A stretch of DNA of 64,000 nucleotides, from positions 13,263 through 77,262 of the forward strand of contig JAWCME010000002.1 of assembly GCA_039091335.1 (NCBI GenBank), in the 5' to 3' direction. Below, piece by piece: positions 1-10,763 of this stretch. How positions within the stretch are numbered: position 1 is the stretch's first letter; each line of letters starts with the position of its first letter. Both the position numbers and the translations under genes were made by a program. This DNA comes from Candidatus Aenigmatarchaeota archaeon. Lineage in GTDB: Archaea > Aenigmatarchaeota > Aenigmatarchaeia > CG10238-14 > SCSR01. The notes below the pieces were generated by a model, which worked only from the letters and a program-made list of their open reading frames with translations, was not told where the DNA came from and did not search any database.

Positions 1-181
1 CTTAAACTCTATCCGGAGTTTTCAATTCTCTTCCCCCCAATATTTCTTTTTGAGGGATGTATGGAATCGATAATTGCATACAAAAAAATAAAAAAAAACA
101 AATCAAAGAGAGAAAATTTAGCCCAATTTTAATTAAAATAGCTTATAAAATATTATCAGTGTTGTACAAAGAAGTGAATAT

Positions 182-2509
182 ATGGTTACGAAAAAAGAGT
201 TGATAGAAAAGTTAAACAAGAACCCAGAAAGGTATTGGAAAGTTAAACTCTTCGATGAAGTTGGTTTTAAAAGGAAGAAATGCATAAATTGCGGGAAGTT
301 CTTTTGGACTTTAACAGAGCAAGAAAAATGTAACGATTCTACTTGTAGACCATATGATTTTATAGGAAACCCGCCGACAAATAAAAGGCTTGGCTTTTTT
401 GAGACTTGGAATGAAATAGAAAAATTTTTTGTGAAAAGGGGGCATACTTCAATAAAACCATATCCGGTTGTTTGTAGATGGTTCCCTCTATATTTTACAA
501 TAGCGGGGGTTGTGGATTTTTACAGAATAAGTGATGGAAAGCTTGAGTTCGAATTTCCAGCAAATCCTATAATTCTGCCGCAAATTTGCCTTCGTTTTAA
601 TGATATAGCAAATACAGGAGTAAATGCAAGGTCTTATACTTGTTTTGGTATGATTCAACAAAGCTCTTTGTACGACGGAAGAGAAGGTTATTGGAAGGAC
701 GAATGCATGGAAATTGATTTTGATTTACTAGTAAAGGTCTTTGGAATAAACCCAGAGGAAATAGTTTTTATAGAGGATGCTTGGCTCGGGCCTTCTGCCT
801 TTGGAAGTAGTTTGGAATATCATGTTAGGGGATTAGAATTGGGTAATGCTGTGTTTACAGAGTTTTTAGGAACTCCTGATAATTATGAGGAAATGAAAGA
901 AAAGGTCATTGATATGGGTGCCGGGTGGGAAAGATTTACATGGATAACACAAGGCACTCCTACAAGCTATGATTGTGTTTTTGGTTCTGTGCTAAAAAAA
1001 TTAAAAAAAGAATGTGATGTGGAATACGATGAAGAATTTTTTCTCAATTATTCAAAATTTTCTGGTGTGTTAAACTTGGATGAGGTTAAGAGTTTAAAGG
1101 AGGAAAGAGTAAGAATTGCAGAAATGCTGAACGTTTCTATAGAAGAATTGGAAAAAAAAGTAGCCACGATGGAGGCGCTGTATTCAATAGCAGATCATTC
1201 CCGTGCCTTAGTTTTTGCAATTTCTGATGGTGGGCTTCCTTCAAACGTTGGAGGAGGTTATAATTTAAGAGTAATTTTGAGAAGGGCCTTAAATTTTATA
1301 AATAAGTTTAAATGGAACATAAAACTACAAGATGTTGCTATTTGGCATATAGATTATCTAAAAAAAATTTTCCCGGAGTTAAAAAATCAGAAGGAAGAGA
1401 TTTTAAAAATTCTTGATGTGGAGGAAAAAAGGTATAATCAAGCAAAAGAAAGGAGTAGAAGAATAGTTGAATCCTTGTCTGGAAAAAAGATTACAGAAGA
1501 AGATTTAATAACACTATACGAGTCTGAGGGAATTACTCCAGACCAATTAGGATTAGAAACACCAAACGATTTTTATGTTAAAATTACCGAAAGGCATATG
1601 AAACCAAAGGAGGAAGAGAGAAAAATAAAGTTAGATGTAAGCAAACTGCCTCCAACAAAAATTCTTTACTATGACCAAATTTATGAGTTTGATGCAATGG
1701 TTTTGGGAGTTTTTGGGGATTATGTTGTGCTCGACCAGACAGCCTTCTATCCAAGAAGTGGGGGTCAAGAGCCAGATTCCGGAACTATAAATGGATTTAA
1801 GGTTATAGATGTTGAAAAAATTGGCTCGGTCATAATTCATAAGCTTGAAAACCATAATTTAAAAACAAACCAAAAAGTATCTTGTGTTTTAGATAAAGAG
1901 AGAAGAGTTATTCTATCCAAACACCATGTAGCTACTCATCTTATAAATGCTGCTTCAAGAAAGATTCTTGGTAAACATGTATGGCAGCACTCGGCTTTTA
2001 AGGACATAGACGGAGCAAGGCTTGACATAACACACTATGAAAGCTTAACACAAGAGCAAGTCGAGAGAATAGAGAATCTTGCAAACGATTTTGTTAGAAT
2101 GGCTTTACCAATTAACACAGAAATATTACCAAGAGGTGAAGCTGAAAAAAAGTATGGTTTTACGATATACCAGGGAGGTGCTTTCCCAGAGAAAACCCTT
2201 AGAATTGTTAAAATTGGAGACGTTGATATAGAAGCGTGTGGTGGAACGCATCATATGCTTGAAAATACAAAAGATATTGGATGTGTAATAATTCAAAGGA
2301 CTAAAAGAATACAGGACGGAGTGGTTAGAATAGAGTTTGTTGCAGGAGACGTTGCACTAAAGTATTTGAAAGAAAAGGAAAAAATATTGATAGACGTGGC
2401 GAATTTTTTAAATGTCAAAGAAGAGGACGTTCCAAAAGAAGTAGAAAAAATTTTCAAAAGATGGAAAGAACTTAGAAAAAATATTAAAAAACTTAAAGTG
2501 GTGAAATGA
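182..2509 (+). CDS. alaS: Alanyl-tRNA synthetase (archaeal type, lacks C-terminal C-Ala globular domain)
   Basis: Motifs FTIAG, GLELGNAVF, IDMGAGWER; editing domain HxxxH and IEACGGTH; ends after the helical linker. Confidence 0.95.
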   Translation: MVTKKELIEKLNKNPERYWKVKLFDEVGFKRKKCINCGKFFWTLTEQEKCNDSTCRPYDFIGNPPTNKRLGFFETWNEIEKFFVKRGHTSIKPYPVVCRWFPLYFTIAGVVDFYRISDGKLEFEFPANPIILPQICLRFNDIANTGVNARSYTCFGMIQQSSLYDGREGYWKDECMEIDFDLLVKVFGINPEEIVFIEDAWLGPSAFGSSLEYHVRGLELGNAVFTEFLGTPDNYEEMKEKVIDMGAGWERFTWITQGTPTSYDCVFGSVLKKLKKECDVEYDEEFFLNYSKFSGVLNLDEVKSLKEERVRIAEMLNVSIEELEKKVATMEALYSIADHSRALVFAISDGGLPSNVGGGYNLRVILRRALNFINKFKWNIKLQDVAIWHIDYLKKIFPELKNQKEEILKILDVEEKRYNQAKERSRRIVESLSGKKITEEDLITLYESEGITPDQLGLETPNDFYVKITERHMKPKEEERKIKLDVSKLPPTKILYYDQIYEFDAMVLGVFGDYVVLDQTAFYPRSGGQEPDSGTINGFKVIDVEKIGSVIIHKLENHNLKTNQKVSCVLDKERRVILSKHHVATHLINAASRKILGKHVWQHSAFKDIDGARLDITHYESLTQEQVERIENLANDFVRMALPINTEILPRGEAEKKYGFTIYQGGAFPEKTLRIVKIGDVDIEACGGTHHMLENTKDIGCVIIQRTKRIQDGVVRIEFVAGDVALKYLKEKEKILIDVANFLNVKEEDVPKEVEKIFKRWKELRKNIKKLKVVK

Positions 2510-2658
2510 TTGAATTAAGAAAGAAAGAAAAAATACTGAAGGAAGCTTCTGCCATACTTAAGGTTGAAGATAAAGATTTGTTAAGGGTTATAGACAGATT
2601 CAAGAAGGAAATAGATGAGATGGAGAAAAAAATAAAAGAATTTAAATCTAATCTTTGA
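2506..2658 (+). CDS. 50-aa coiled-coil peptide resembling the AlaRS C-terminal helical segment
   Basis: ATGA overlap with the alaS stop; MIELRKKEKILKEASAILKVEDKDLLRVIDRFKKEIDEMEKKIKEFKSNL; too short for the ORF track. Confidence 0.7.
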   Translation: MIELRKKEKILKEASAILKVEDKDLLRVIDRFKKEIDEMEKKIKEFKSNL

Positions 2659-2668
2659 GTTATTTTAT

Positions 2669-3277
2669 ATGGATTTTTCAGACGAGATGATAAAAAAATC
2701 AAATGTTCTTGTAAAAACATTAGAAAAATATATCTCAATTCTAGAAGAACAAAAAGAAACATTGGATGAAATTTATAAAAATATAGAAAATGCAAAAGCA
2801 ATCCATACTTGGGGGAAAGGTAGGTCTGGAACGGCAGCCGTGGCTCTTGCCCTTAGGTTAAAACAATTTGGATATAATGTTTGGTTTATTGGTGATACGA
2901 TTAAGGAGCCTATTAGAAGAGGGGACGTTGTTATACTTTTTTCCGGATCTGGTGAGACTGCTGAGATAGTGGATGTTGCTAAAAAGGCAAGAAGAGACGA
3001 AGCAACAGTAATTTCAATAACATCTTATAAAGAAAGTGAATTGGCTAAATTTTCAGACTTGATATTTTGGTTACCAGGAGGAATGGAAAAGAAGAAGGGC
3101 TGGGACTACCTAGAAGCTCAGCTTACAAATAAAAAACAACCTTTTTATGGTGGGGGGGAGTTTGAGCTTTTGGCATATCTCTTTCAAGAATCTTTTGTAA
3201 ATTCAATAGGAAGCTACAAAGGAATTTCTCAAGGAAAAATTGCAAAGGAGCATGAAAGGGACGAGACTATTTCTTAA
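2669..3277 (+). CDS. SIS-domain sugar isomerase (6-phospho-3-hexuloisomerase-like)
   Basis: GKGRSG and SGSGET motifs. Confidence 0.8.
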   Translation: MDFSDEMIKKSNVLVKTLEKYISILEEQKETLDEIYKNIENAKAIHTWGKGRSGTAAVALALRLKQFGYNVWFIGDTIKEPIRRGDVVILFSGSGETAEIVDVAKKARRDEATVISITSYKESELAKFSDLIFWLPGGMEKKKGWDYLEAQLTNKKQPFYGGGEFELLAYLFQESFVNSIGSYKGISQGKIAKEHERDETIS

Positions 3278-3854
3278 TCTTTGGTAAGATCATCAATATT
3301 TCTTTTGGGTCTCCTATTGCAATACAATTTCCTTCTAAGTAAAACTTTCCTACCAAAGCAGAAGTTATTGCATCTAGCTCGTCGCCAGTAATTTTTTCTT
3401 TTATTCCCTTTATACCAAAATTTATCAACCCATCTCTAAGTTTTTCTATTCCTTTCTGTTTTCTTGGGATTTTAAGTATATCTTGTGCAGCGCCAGGATA
3501 AACTTCTATTACCTTTAATCCTTTATTTTCAAAAATTTTCCTAAGTTTAATCCCCCTTTTTGTCAAGGCCCTCATTGGTCCAAGTGTTATTGGAAAAAAC
3601 TTTATCCCGATTTTTAAAAGCTCCCTGTCACATTCTCTCAAATGAATATTACTTCTTTCCTCCAGACTTTTTCTTCCTATCGGTAAAGCTAGGGGGGCGT
3701 CTATTGCAACAACCTTTGGCTTTGATTTTAAAGTTTCTTCAATAATTTCTTTGTCAGAAAAGAGCAAAGAGGTTTTTACCTTATTTTTTTCAAGAACGCA
3801 AAATCCTGTGGGCCTTTTCTTACTACCTGCTAAGTCGATTCCTATTACTCTCAT
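3267..3854 (-). CDS. DUF429 family protein (RNase H-like fold)
   Basis: IGIDLAG, AIDAPL, IEVYP, DELDA motifs; start moved to the ATG at 3854. Confidence 0.8.
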   Translation of the reverse strand: MRVIGIDLAGSKKRPTGFCVLEKNKVKTSLLFSDKEIIEETLKSKPKVVAIDAPLALPIGRKSLEERSNIHLRECDRELLKIGIKFFPITLGPMRALTKRGIKLRKIFENKGLKVIEVYPGAAQDILKIPRKQKGIEKLRDGLINFGIKGIKEKITGDELDAITSALVGKFYLEGNCIAIGDPKEILMILPKIKK

Positions 3855-4276
3855 ACCTTTCTCACAATACACGCCACAGGGGGCTTGACTATCAAGTCAC
3901 AAACAACATCAAAAACTACATCTTTAGTGATGTTTTTAATTTTTTTCTCCCCCCTATAGCTTTTTATTGTTAGTGAAGTATAATTTTCTAAAACTTCTTG
4001 TAAGAATATTTGGTCAGGAAATCTATTTGCAATTTCTTCTAAAAAATTTATTTGTTCTCTACACTCTATGCAATTCTTTTGATAATAATATTTTATTATT
4101 GTTTTTCCATTTTCTATTAAAAACATTTCCTTCTCAGGCCCGAGTTCGTAATCCACTATATTCTTCTCAGGAAGATTTATTTTGTTTTTTTCTGTTGTCC
4201 TAAACGAGATAAATGTAAAAGTTGAGAATACCATCAGTATGATAAAGAATATTGCAATTAGGCTCTTTTTCTCCAT
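3851..4276 (-). CDS. Membrane-anchored hypothetical protein with CxxC (thioredoxin-like)
   Basis: N-terminal TM helix, CIEC motif. Confidence 0.55.
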   Translation of the reverse strand: MEKKSLIAIFFIILMVFSTFTFISFRTTEKNKINLPEKNIVDYELGPEKEMFLIENGKTIIKYYYQKNCIECREQINFLEEIANRFPDQIFLQEVLENYTSLTIKSYRGEKKIKNITKDVVFDVVCDLIVKPPVACIVRKV

Positions 4277-4334
4277 TTACTTCAAAATAATATTCATAAA
4301 AAGAAATAAATTGTTTTTTTTATTAAATTTATTT

Positions 4335-5126
4335 GTGGTGCTTGAAAGAATAGTTTCTATAAAGGAGGCTGTAAGAAATCCATATTGGTTGTTTGTTATA
4401 GGTGGAGTGGTTTCAGTAATATGTCTATTTGTTTCTTTGACTGTTTTTGAAAGTTCAATTGGTCTATTCTTCTCCTTTTTAGTTACGATGACGATGATGC
4501 CGTTTATGATTAATTTGATGAGATACGAGGAGGCAAGGCAGGAAGAACTGATTAAAAAAGGAAAAGAATTGAGTGTTTTGGAGAGAAACAAAAACATATT
4601 AAAAGTTTATGTTTCGTTCTTTTGTGGAATGATACTTTCACTTTCAATAATATATCTCATGCTTCCAGAAAGGATTGTAGAAAAGGCGTTTCAAGACCAG
4701 ATAAACGAAATAAACGCGATAAGGGCAAGGGTTGTTTTTGCAGACACCTTTACAAGAATAATAGTAAATAATGTTGGAGTGCTTTCCCTCTCTTTTTTGT
4801 TTTCAGTTTTGTTCGGTGCAGGTGCTATTTTCATCCTAACGTGGAATGCTTCTGTGTTATCTGCTGCAATAGGTATGGTTGCCAAGAGTGTTGGAGGGAT
4901 GAAAGGGTTACCAATAGCAATATTAACGTTTTTCCCACATGGTAGCTTAGAAATTCTTGCATACTTTATAGGTGGAATATCAGGAGGAATAGTTTCAGCA
5001 GCATTAACAAGAAGGAAGACAGAAGGGCTTTACCTTATACTCAAGGATAGCTTTAGCCTTTTGATAATATCACTTTTGTTACTTGTTGTTGCTGCTTTAA
5101 TAGAGTCGATACAAATAGTGATTTAA
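4335..5126 (+). CDS. SpoIIM/DUF95 family membrane protein
   Basis: Multi-TM protein with NN and PHGSLE motifs; GTG start inferred. Confidence 0.8.
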   Translation: MVLERIVSIKEAVRNPYWLFVIGGVVSVICLFVSLTVFESSIGLFFSFLVTMTMMPFMINLMRYEEARQEELIKKGKELSVLERNKNILKVYVSFFCGMILSLSIIYLMLPERIVEKAFQDQINEINAIRARVVFADTFTRIIVNNVGVLSLSFLFSVLFGAGAIFILTWNASVLSAAIGMVAKSVGGMKGLPIAILTFFPHGSLEILAYFIGGISGGIVSAALTRRKTEGLYLILKDSFSLLIISLLLLVVAALIESIQIVI

Positions 5127-7799
5127 TCATTCAAGATAAATTCCTGGTTTTCCGTACTTTGCTCTTTCTGCCCTGTTTTCTGGGTCATATCTCTTTGGGT
5201 CAGATGAAATAAATAGTTTTAATTTTTCAAATTCAAACTTCTTTTTTATAAAATCTACAGCTTCTCTAAAATATTCCAATTCTTTTTTTGTAGAAAAATA
5301 TAGATAAGCACTCCTCTTTTTTCCTTTAAGTTTTATAATCTCATTTAAATCTTGTAAGAACTTTTTCAGTATCTCCTCAAGCTCGACTACCTCTTTTTTA
5401 AATTCCTTTGGATTATATTTTGGCCATTTTTCGATACAAACAATTTTTTTATTTCCTAGTTTTTCCCATAGCTCTTCGCAAACATGTGGTAAGAGCGGCG
5501 TAAAAAGTTTTATTCCAATGTTTAAAAATTCAAGCAATACTTTTCTGTTGCAATTTTTTATTCCACCGTTCCTTTCTATGTACCATTTCAAATCATTTGT
5601 TAAATCAAAGAAAGCACATTGTGCAGCACTTCTAAACTTTAACTCTTCATAATTTTCTGTAGCAAGTTTTATATGAAGTTGAAGTTTGCTCCTCAAGAAC
5701 AAATCTATTTTTTCCACATTTTTTCTCGTCGCTTTTTTTACGTTTGAGACAATACTTTCTAAAAAATTTATTCTTGAAATGTAAGTTGATAAATTCTCTT
5801 CGACCCAATCTGCATCGTTCAATCCTTCATTAGATGCAATTAGATTAATTCTCACAAGGTCAGAACCAAATTCATTAATTAGTTTTCTTATTGGTATTAT
5901 ATTTCCCTTTGACTTACTCATCTTCTCCCCACCAACTTGAACATATCCATTAACACCAATCCCTCTTGGCCAGTATTTCTGGTTTTTCCATATGGCAACA
6001 TGATGAAACAAATAAAATGTTAAGTGGTTTTGAACCAAATCCTTACCAGAGTTTCTTAAGTCAACAGGATAAAAATAATCAAACTCCCTTCTCATTTCAT
6101 CTAAGATTTTTTTATCTATACCAACTTTTTTACTCAAAACTTTAGAGTTACCTTTTCCAAGAAAGATGTAGTCAAAAACATCATCAGTTAGTTTTTCTGC
6201 TTCAATTTTTCTCTCGTTTATTATTCTTGCTATAGTATAGTAAGCAGGATATATGACACTATCAGATAAAGTTTCTATAATCCACTCTTTATCCCAAGGC
6301 AAATTAGTTCCAAGACCAGTTTTTCTCGTACATGCCTTATCTTTTAACCATTCGACAGTATTTTCAAACTGTGTTCTAACTTCTTCCGGATAGAATTTCA
6401 TCTTTTTTATCAACTTCCTTACCTTTTCCTTCCATTTTTCATCAGAATATCTTAAGAACCACTGGTTTTCTAAAATTTTTACATGGTTTGGAGTTGTACA
6501 CCTACAAATAACAGGGGCGCTGGGTTCCCACATTTTCTCTGCAATACCACTTTCAAAAAATTCTTTATAAAGCCTTTCCTTTATTTCAGAAACCTTAAAT
6601 CCAGCATATTTGCCACACCTATCGTTTAAAATTCCAAGATGAAACTCTTTTTTATAAATTATTGAGGTTGCTTCATCCAGCTTCTTTCTTTCATCTTGAG
6701 ATTTTATTCCTATTTTTCTACAAATTTCTTCAGCAGGATTTTCGCCAAAGCCTTCTGTTTTAATCACAGTAATTGGTTTTATATCAAAAGTTCCATACTT
6801 TTTTAATTCCCCACTATTTTTCAAATCTTCTATTCCAATCCAATCATATGGTGCATGGGAAGGAACCGACATAACAATTCCTGTGCCAAAATTTGGGTCT
6901 ACAAACTTTGCTGGAAGGATTGGAACCTTTTCCTTCAATACAGGATTTTCTGCGTATTTTCCTATTAAATCTTCTCCTTTTAGCTCTCCTTTTACAGAAA
7001 CATTCTTTAACTGATCCCTTAACTTTTCTACTGCCCCTTCGCTCAAAATCCATTTTTCCCCATCAACTTCTGCCAAACAATATTTAACATCAGGATTAAC
7101 CCATATGTTTGTCACACCAAAAACAGTTTCTGGTCTGAGAGTTGCAGTTGGTAAAATCTTATCATCCAATGAAAATTTTATGATTAAATGTTCTACGGGA
7201 CTTTCTCCTATTCCCTCAAGCCTATCATGGTCTCCTGTAGGAGATTTACATTTTGGACACCAAATTACAGGATGAGTCCCTTGATAAACATACCCCATTT
7301 TTCTTAATGTGTTATACTGCCACTCTATGAAACGAGAATAAGTTGGATTCATTTTTGTTGTTATAAAAGTTCTCCTCCAATCTATGGAAAAGCCGGCTAT
7401 CTTTAAATCTTCAATCCATCTCTTCATCCAGAATTTTGCTACAAACTCTGGTCCGTATTCAATAAAATTTTTTATATCTTTGTCAGTTGCCCCAAAGGTT
7501 TTGAAAGTTTCAATTTGAATAGAATCTTTTAATTTAACTCTTTCTATACTTCCAACTATCGGCTCCCCTGTTGCATGAAAGCCTTGTGGATAAAGCACGT
7601 TAAAACCCTGCATCCTTTTAAACCTTGCATAAGAGTCGCATCTAAACGCAGAAAATGCGTGTCCTATGTGCATCGAACCATTAACATAAGGGTAGGGCCA
7701 GGTGATGAAAAATTTTGGTTTGTTCTTTACATTAGCCTCAAAGATTTTCTTCTTTCTCCATATTTTTTCCCACTTCTTCTCTATTTTTTTAATGTTCAT
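5127..7799 (-). CDS. leuS: Leucyl-tRNA synthetase
   Basis: PYPYVNGSMHIGH (HIGH), TLRPET, KMSKS. Confidence 0.95.
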   Translation of the reverse strand: MNIKKIEKKWEKIWRKKKIFEANVKNKPKFFITWPYPYVNGSMHIGHAFSAFRCDSYARFKRMQGFNVLYPQGFHATGEPIVGSIERVKLKDSIQIETFKTFGATDKDIKNFIEYGPEFVAKFWMKRWIEDLKIAGFSIDWRRTFITTKMNPTYSRFIEWQYNTLRKMGYVYQGTHPVIWCPKCKSPTGDHDRLEGIGESPVEHLIIKFSLDDKILPTATLRPETVFGVTNIWVNPDVKYCLAEVDGEKWILSEGAVEKLRDQLKNVSVKGELKGEDLIGKYAENPVLKEKVPILPAKFVDPNFGTGIVMSVPSHAPYDWIGIEDLKNSGELKKYGTFDIKPITVIKTEGFGENPAEEICRKIGIKSQDERKKLDEATSIIYKKEFHLGILNDRCGKYAGFKVSEIKERLYKEFFESGIAEKMWEPSAPVICRCTTPNHVKILENQWFLRYSDEKWKEKVRKLIKKMKFYPEEVRTQFENTVEWLKDKACTRKTGLGTNLPWDKEWIIETLSDSVIYPAYYTIARIINERKIEAEKLTDDVFDYIFLGKGNSKVLSKKVGIDKKILDEMRREFDYFYPVDLRNSGKDLVQNHLTFYLFHHVAIWKNQKYWPRGIGVNGYVQVGGEKMSKSKGNIIPIRKLINEFGSDLVRINLIASNEGLNDADWVEENLSTYISRINFLESIVSNVKKATRKNVEKIDLFLRSKLQLHIKLATENYEELKFRSAAQCAFFDLTNDLKWYIERNGGIKNCNRKVLLEFLNIGIKLFTPLLPHVCEELWEKLGNKKIVCIEKWPKYNPKEFKKEVVELEEILKKFLQDLNEIIKLKGKKRSAYLYFSTKKELEYFREAVDFIKKKFEFEKLKLFISSDPKRYDPENRAERAKYGKPGIYLE

Positions 7800-7837
7800 T
7801 AAATCGCTTTTTATTTTATAAATTATTAAACATCATA

Positions 7838-8203
7838 TTAAAAATTTTCAAAATAATTTCTGATGTTCGGCAATAATTTTCCTAATAAACAAAAAAGCAA
7901 ATCATCTCTTATGTTGATTATATTTGCTTTCTTCATACTTTTCCTTGAAAAAGTAAATCCACTTAACCTCAAGTCAAGGAGTGCAGTAGCACCATGAGCA
8001 ACATGAGGACTTATACCAAATTCCTTGCTCCATCCATCCCTTATATTTTCGCTTTCTTCAATCCAGTTGCTTTCAGTGTCTTCTATTATGTTAGGAACTT
8101 CTTTTCTTAATTTTTTGAAATATTTTGAAATTTTTTTATCTACTTCATTTTCATCTGCCTGAGTCGTTCTAAAATCAAATTCTACTATGTCACTTAAAAA
8201 CAA
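7838..8203 (-). CDS. Hypothetical protein, possibly the C-terminal part of the frameshifted nucleotidyltransferase upstream
   Basis: Overlaps the upstream ORF; its frame stays open upstream of the TTG. Confidence 0.4.
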   Translation of the reverse strand: MFLSDIVEFDFRTTQADENEVDKKISKYFKKLRKEVPNIIEDTESNWIEESENIRDGWSKEFGISPHVAHGATALLDLRLSGFTFSRKSMKKANIINIRDDLLFCLLGKLLPNIRNYFENF

Positions 8204-8652
8204 TTCTTCCTGTTCGTATGGGTTTTTTGGAGTTCTTGGGAGTATAAATAAATAATCTCAACTCTTTCGATCTGCGGAAATCTTCTTTTTAAGTCTAGGC
8301 TATAAGTTATAAGCGCTCTTCTTGTTTCTTTTAACACACTCTTTCTTTTTGTTCCAATAAAAACAATATCTATGTCATCCTTATAGTTGATTGTCCCTCT
8401 TATAACAGAGCCTCTTATCCCACAAATTAATGTGGTGGAATATATTTTCCTCGTTGTTTCAAATACACTTTCTAGAGATAAAAAGGCTGTTTTTAGCGTT
8501 GTTTTATAAAAGTCGTCAGAAAAATATCTCTCAAACATTGTTTTTAATCTTTTGTATTGAGATTCTGGCAATTCTTCCATTTTAGTTTTAACTTTTTTTG
8601 GTAAACTTTCATAAAATTCATCATAGTTTTTGTACAGGTCAACCTGTTCCAT
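8194..8652 (-). CDS. Pol-beta-superfamily (MNT-like) nucleotidyltransferase domain protein
   Basis: RGSVIRG...DDIDIV signature. Confidence 0.6.
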   Translation of the reverse strand: MEQVDLYKNYDEFYESLPKKVKTKMEELPESQYKRLKTMFERYFSDDFYKTTLKTAFLSLESVFETTRKIYSTTLICGIRGSVIRGTINYKDDIDIVFIGTKRKSVLKETRRALITYSLDLKRRFPQIERVEIIYLYSQELQKTHTNRKNCF

Positions 8653-8759
8653 GCCCTTTTCACTAAATGTAATTTTTTTAATATTAAAAAAATTAAAGTT
8701 AAATTTTTTTATAGTATATTTTTAAAAACCATAATTATTAAAAATGTTTAGAAAGAAAT

Positions 8760-10760
8760 TTAACGGTATGTTGAAGGCAATTCTATTCCGTTAATTTCTT
8801 TTAAATCGGTTAACTCGTTCATTTTTATCATTCTGTCAGAAAAAGTATAAAGCACATCATCTATGTAAAGAGATCTTTTTATCCTAGAAAGATAGTCATA
8901 ATATTCTTCGGTTTTATTTGTATGTGTCACCTTCCCTTTCAACACAAACCCATTCTCTAAATCAACATTAAATACATAAGCACCCTGCCAAACATTCCAT
9001 TTCTTTTCTTCTATGTTTTCTCCCTCTATAACCCTAAGTGGTATGACCAAAATATTCTTTGATTTACTGAACAAGAATGCTTTATGATCCCTTAGTGCGT
9101 CTGAATCCGTGCCTCTCTCCCCAATTATGTATTTTGAAATTTCTTTTGGGTTTGAAACATCGGTAATATCAAAAAGGGACAGTTTCATTCCTTTTATTCT
9201 ACCCTCTTCTGTAGCATCTCTTCCAACACCAATAAGATGTGTTTCATCATACGGATGCAAATAGTCCGAAACACCAGTAATTTTCAAATAACCCAAAACC
9301 TTGGGGTTGTTTGGACTTCCCAAATCTATTACAAACAACGGATCAATCTGTCTGAAAGTTACCACATATCCCTTGTCTCCAATAAACCTAACTGAATAAA
9401 TTCTTTCCCCGGAGGCGAGGTCCTCTATTTTTCCAACTATTTTTAGACCATCGTCAAGAATATAAACATGGTTTAATGATTCGTTTATCCATCCTGTTGT
9501 TGTAGCTATTCTGAAATAACTATTGTATTCGTCCATAGAAAATTGGTTTAAAATATAGCCAGGAACCTCACCACTTGCCTTGTATTCTATTTTTTCATTC
9601 TCAACAGAAATTTTATGAATAATTGTTTTTTCAACCTCCTTTTCAATTTCCCTATAAATATTAAATACCCTTTCTTCCACAATCTTCATAAAATTTGTTG
9701 CTTCTTCTGGGTTCAAAGAGTTTATATAGTTACGAAACTCTTCTTCTATTTTTGCAATTTTTTCTTGTTTGCTTATATCTGAATTTTTTATCTCTCTTAT
9801 TTTGGCTTGGATATGTGCGGGGAAAATAGGAATAAGTTTGTCAACTACTTTGTCATAAAAATCTAGGTAGTTAAATGTTTTAGTGTAAACAATAAAGATG
9901 TTTTTAGTTGAAACGTACATGTTTTGGCTATATCCCAAAAGAAATGTTTTAATTGAAATTTCTTCTTCGTCTTTCTGTGTATTTATTGACAATATGTTTG
10001 TATAGATGTAAGAAGAGTCGGGAAAATCAAAATAATAAATTTCTGAAGCAGGTATAGTTTTTAGTTTGTTTTCGTATTGAACTGTTGGTAAAGGCATTAG
10101 TTCTCCATAATATATTGGCTGATTGATTATCACATACACATAATCTCCTATCATCCTGGAATCAAAATAGTTGCCATCCACAGATACATTTCTTTTTAAA
10201 ACAGGATTTTCTCTGTCTGATATATCATAAACTTTTATAAATGTTTTTGGCGTATGTGAAATTATTTCCGTTCTACCAATACCCCCTTTAACACTCTCAA
10301 TCGTTGGGCCATAGCAATCGCATGACCCAAAAACAACCAATTTGTCGCCATTTATAAATATTTCATAAGGGACTCCGTTCAATTCTATCTTAGATAAAAT
10401 TTTGGCATCTTCTGCTGGATAAGCGTCGATAATAATGACATTTCTACCTGAGACTACATATAAGTATTTTCCGTCATTTTTTATAATGTCTGCCTCATCA
10501 ACTCCAGTTACTTGCACATTTGTGGTTGAATAATCTTCTGACACATCAATTGTGGCCGGAATACCCTTTGCGGAAGCAATTTCAAGGACGGGCGTGTAGA
10601 AAGGTATATAAGTTTCGGTGTTTCTCTTTACAAAACTGTTTAATTCGTCGTAAGAAGAGAATTTTTTCAGTTTTTGCTCAATAACGATTGGGGGTTTAGT
10701 AAGATATAGACTAAAAAGAATTACAAGAGCTAGCCCCATGATTAAAATTTTTTTATACAT
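8760..10760 (-). CDS. Secreted beta-propeller domain protein
   Basis: Signal/TM helix; STTNVQVTGVDEADIIKNDG, LNQFSMDE, VTFRQIDPLFVIDL. Confidence 0.85.
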   Translation of the reverse strand: MYKKILIMGLALVILFSLYLTKPPIVIEQKLKKFSSYDELNSFVKRNTETYIPFYTPVLEIASAKGIPATIDVSEDYSTTNVQVTGVDEADIIKNDGKYLYVVSGRNVIIIDAYPAEDAKILSKIELNGVPYEIFINGDKLVVFGSCDCYGPTIESVKGGIGRTEIISHTPKTFIKVYDISDRENPVLKRNVSVDGNYFDSRMIGDYVYVIINQPIYYGELMPLPTVQYENKLKTIPASEIYYFDFPDSSYIYTNILSINTQKDEEEISIKTFLLGYSQNMYVSTKNIFIVYTKTFNYLDFYDKVVDKLIPIFPAHIQAKIREIKNSDISKQEKIAKIEEEFRNYINSLNPEEATNFMKIVEERVFNIYREIEKEVEKTIIHKISVENEKIEYKASGEVPGYILNQFSMDEYNSYFRIATTTGWINESLNHVYILDDGLKIVGKIEDLASGERIYSVRFIGDKGYVVTFRQIDPLFVIDLGSPNNPKVLGYLKITGVSDYLHPYDETHLIGVGRDATEEGRIKGMKLSLFDITDVSNPKEISKYIIGERGTDSDALRDHKAFLFSKSKNILVIPLRVIEGENIEEKKWNVWQGAYVFNVDLENGFVLKGKVTHTNKTEEYYDYLSRIKRSLYIDDVLYTFSDRMIKMNELTDLKEINGIELPSTYR

Positions 10761-10763
10761 ACT

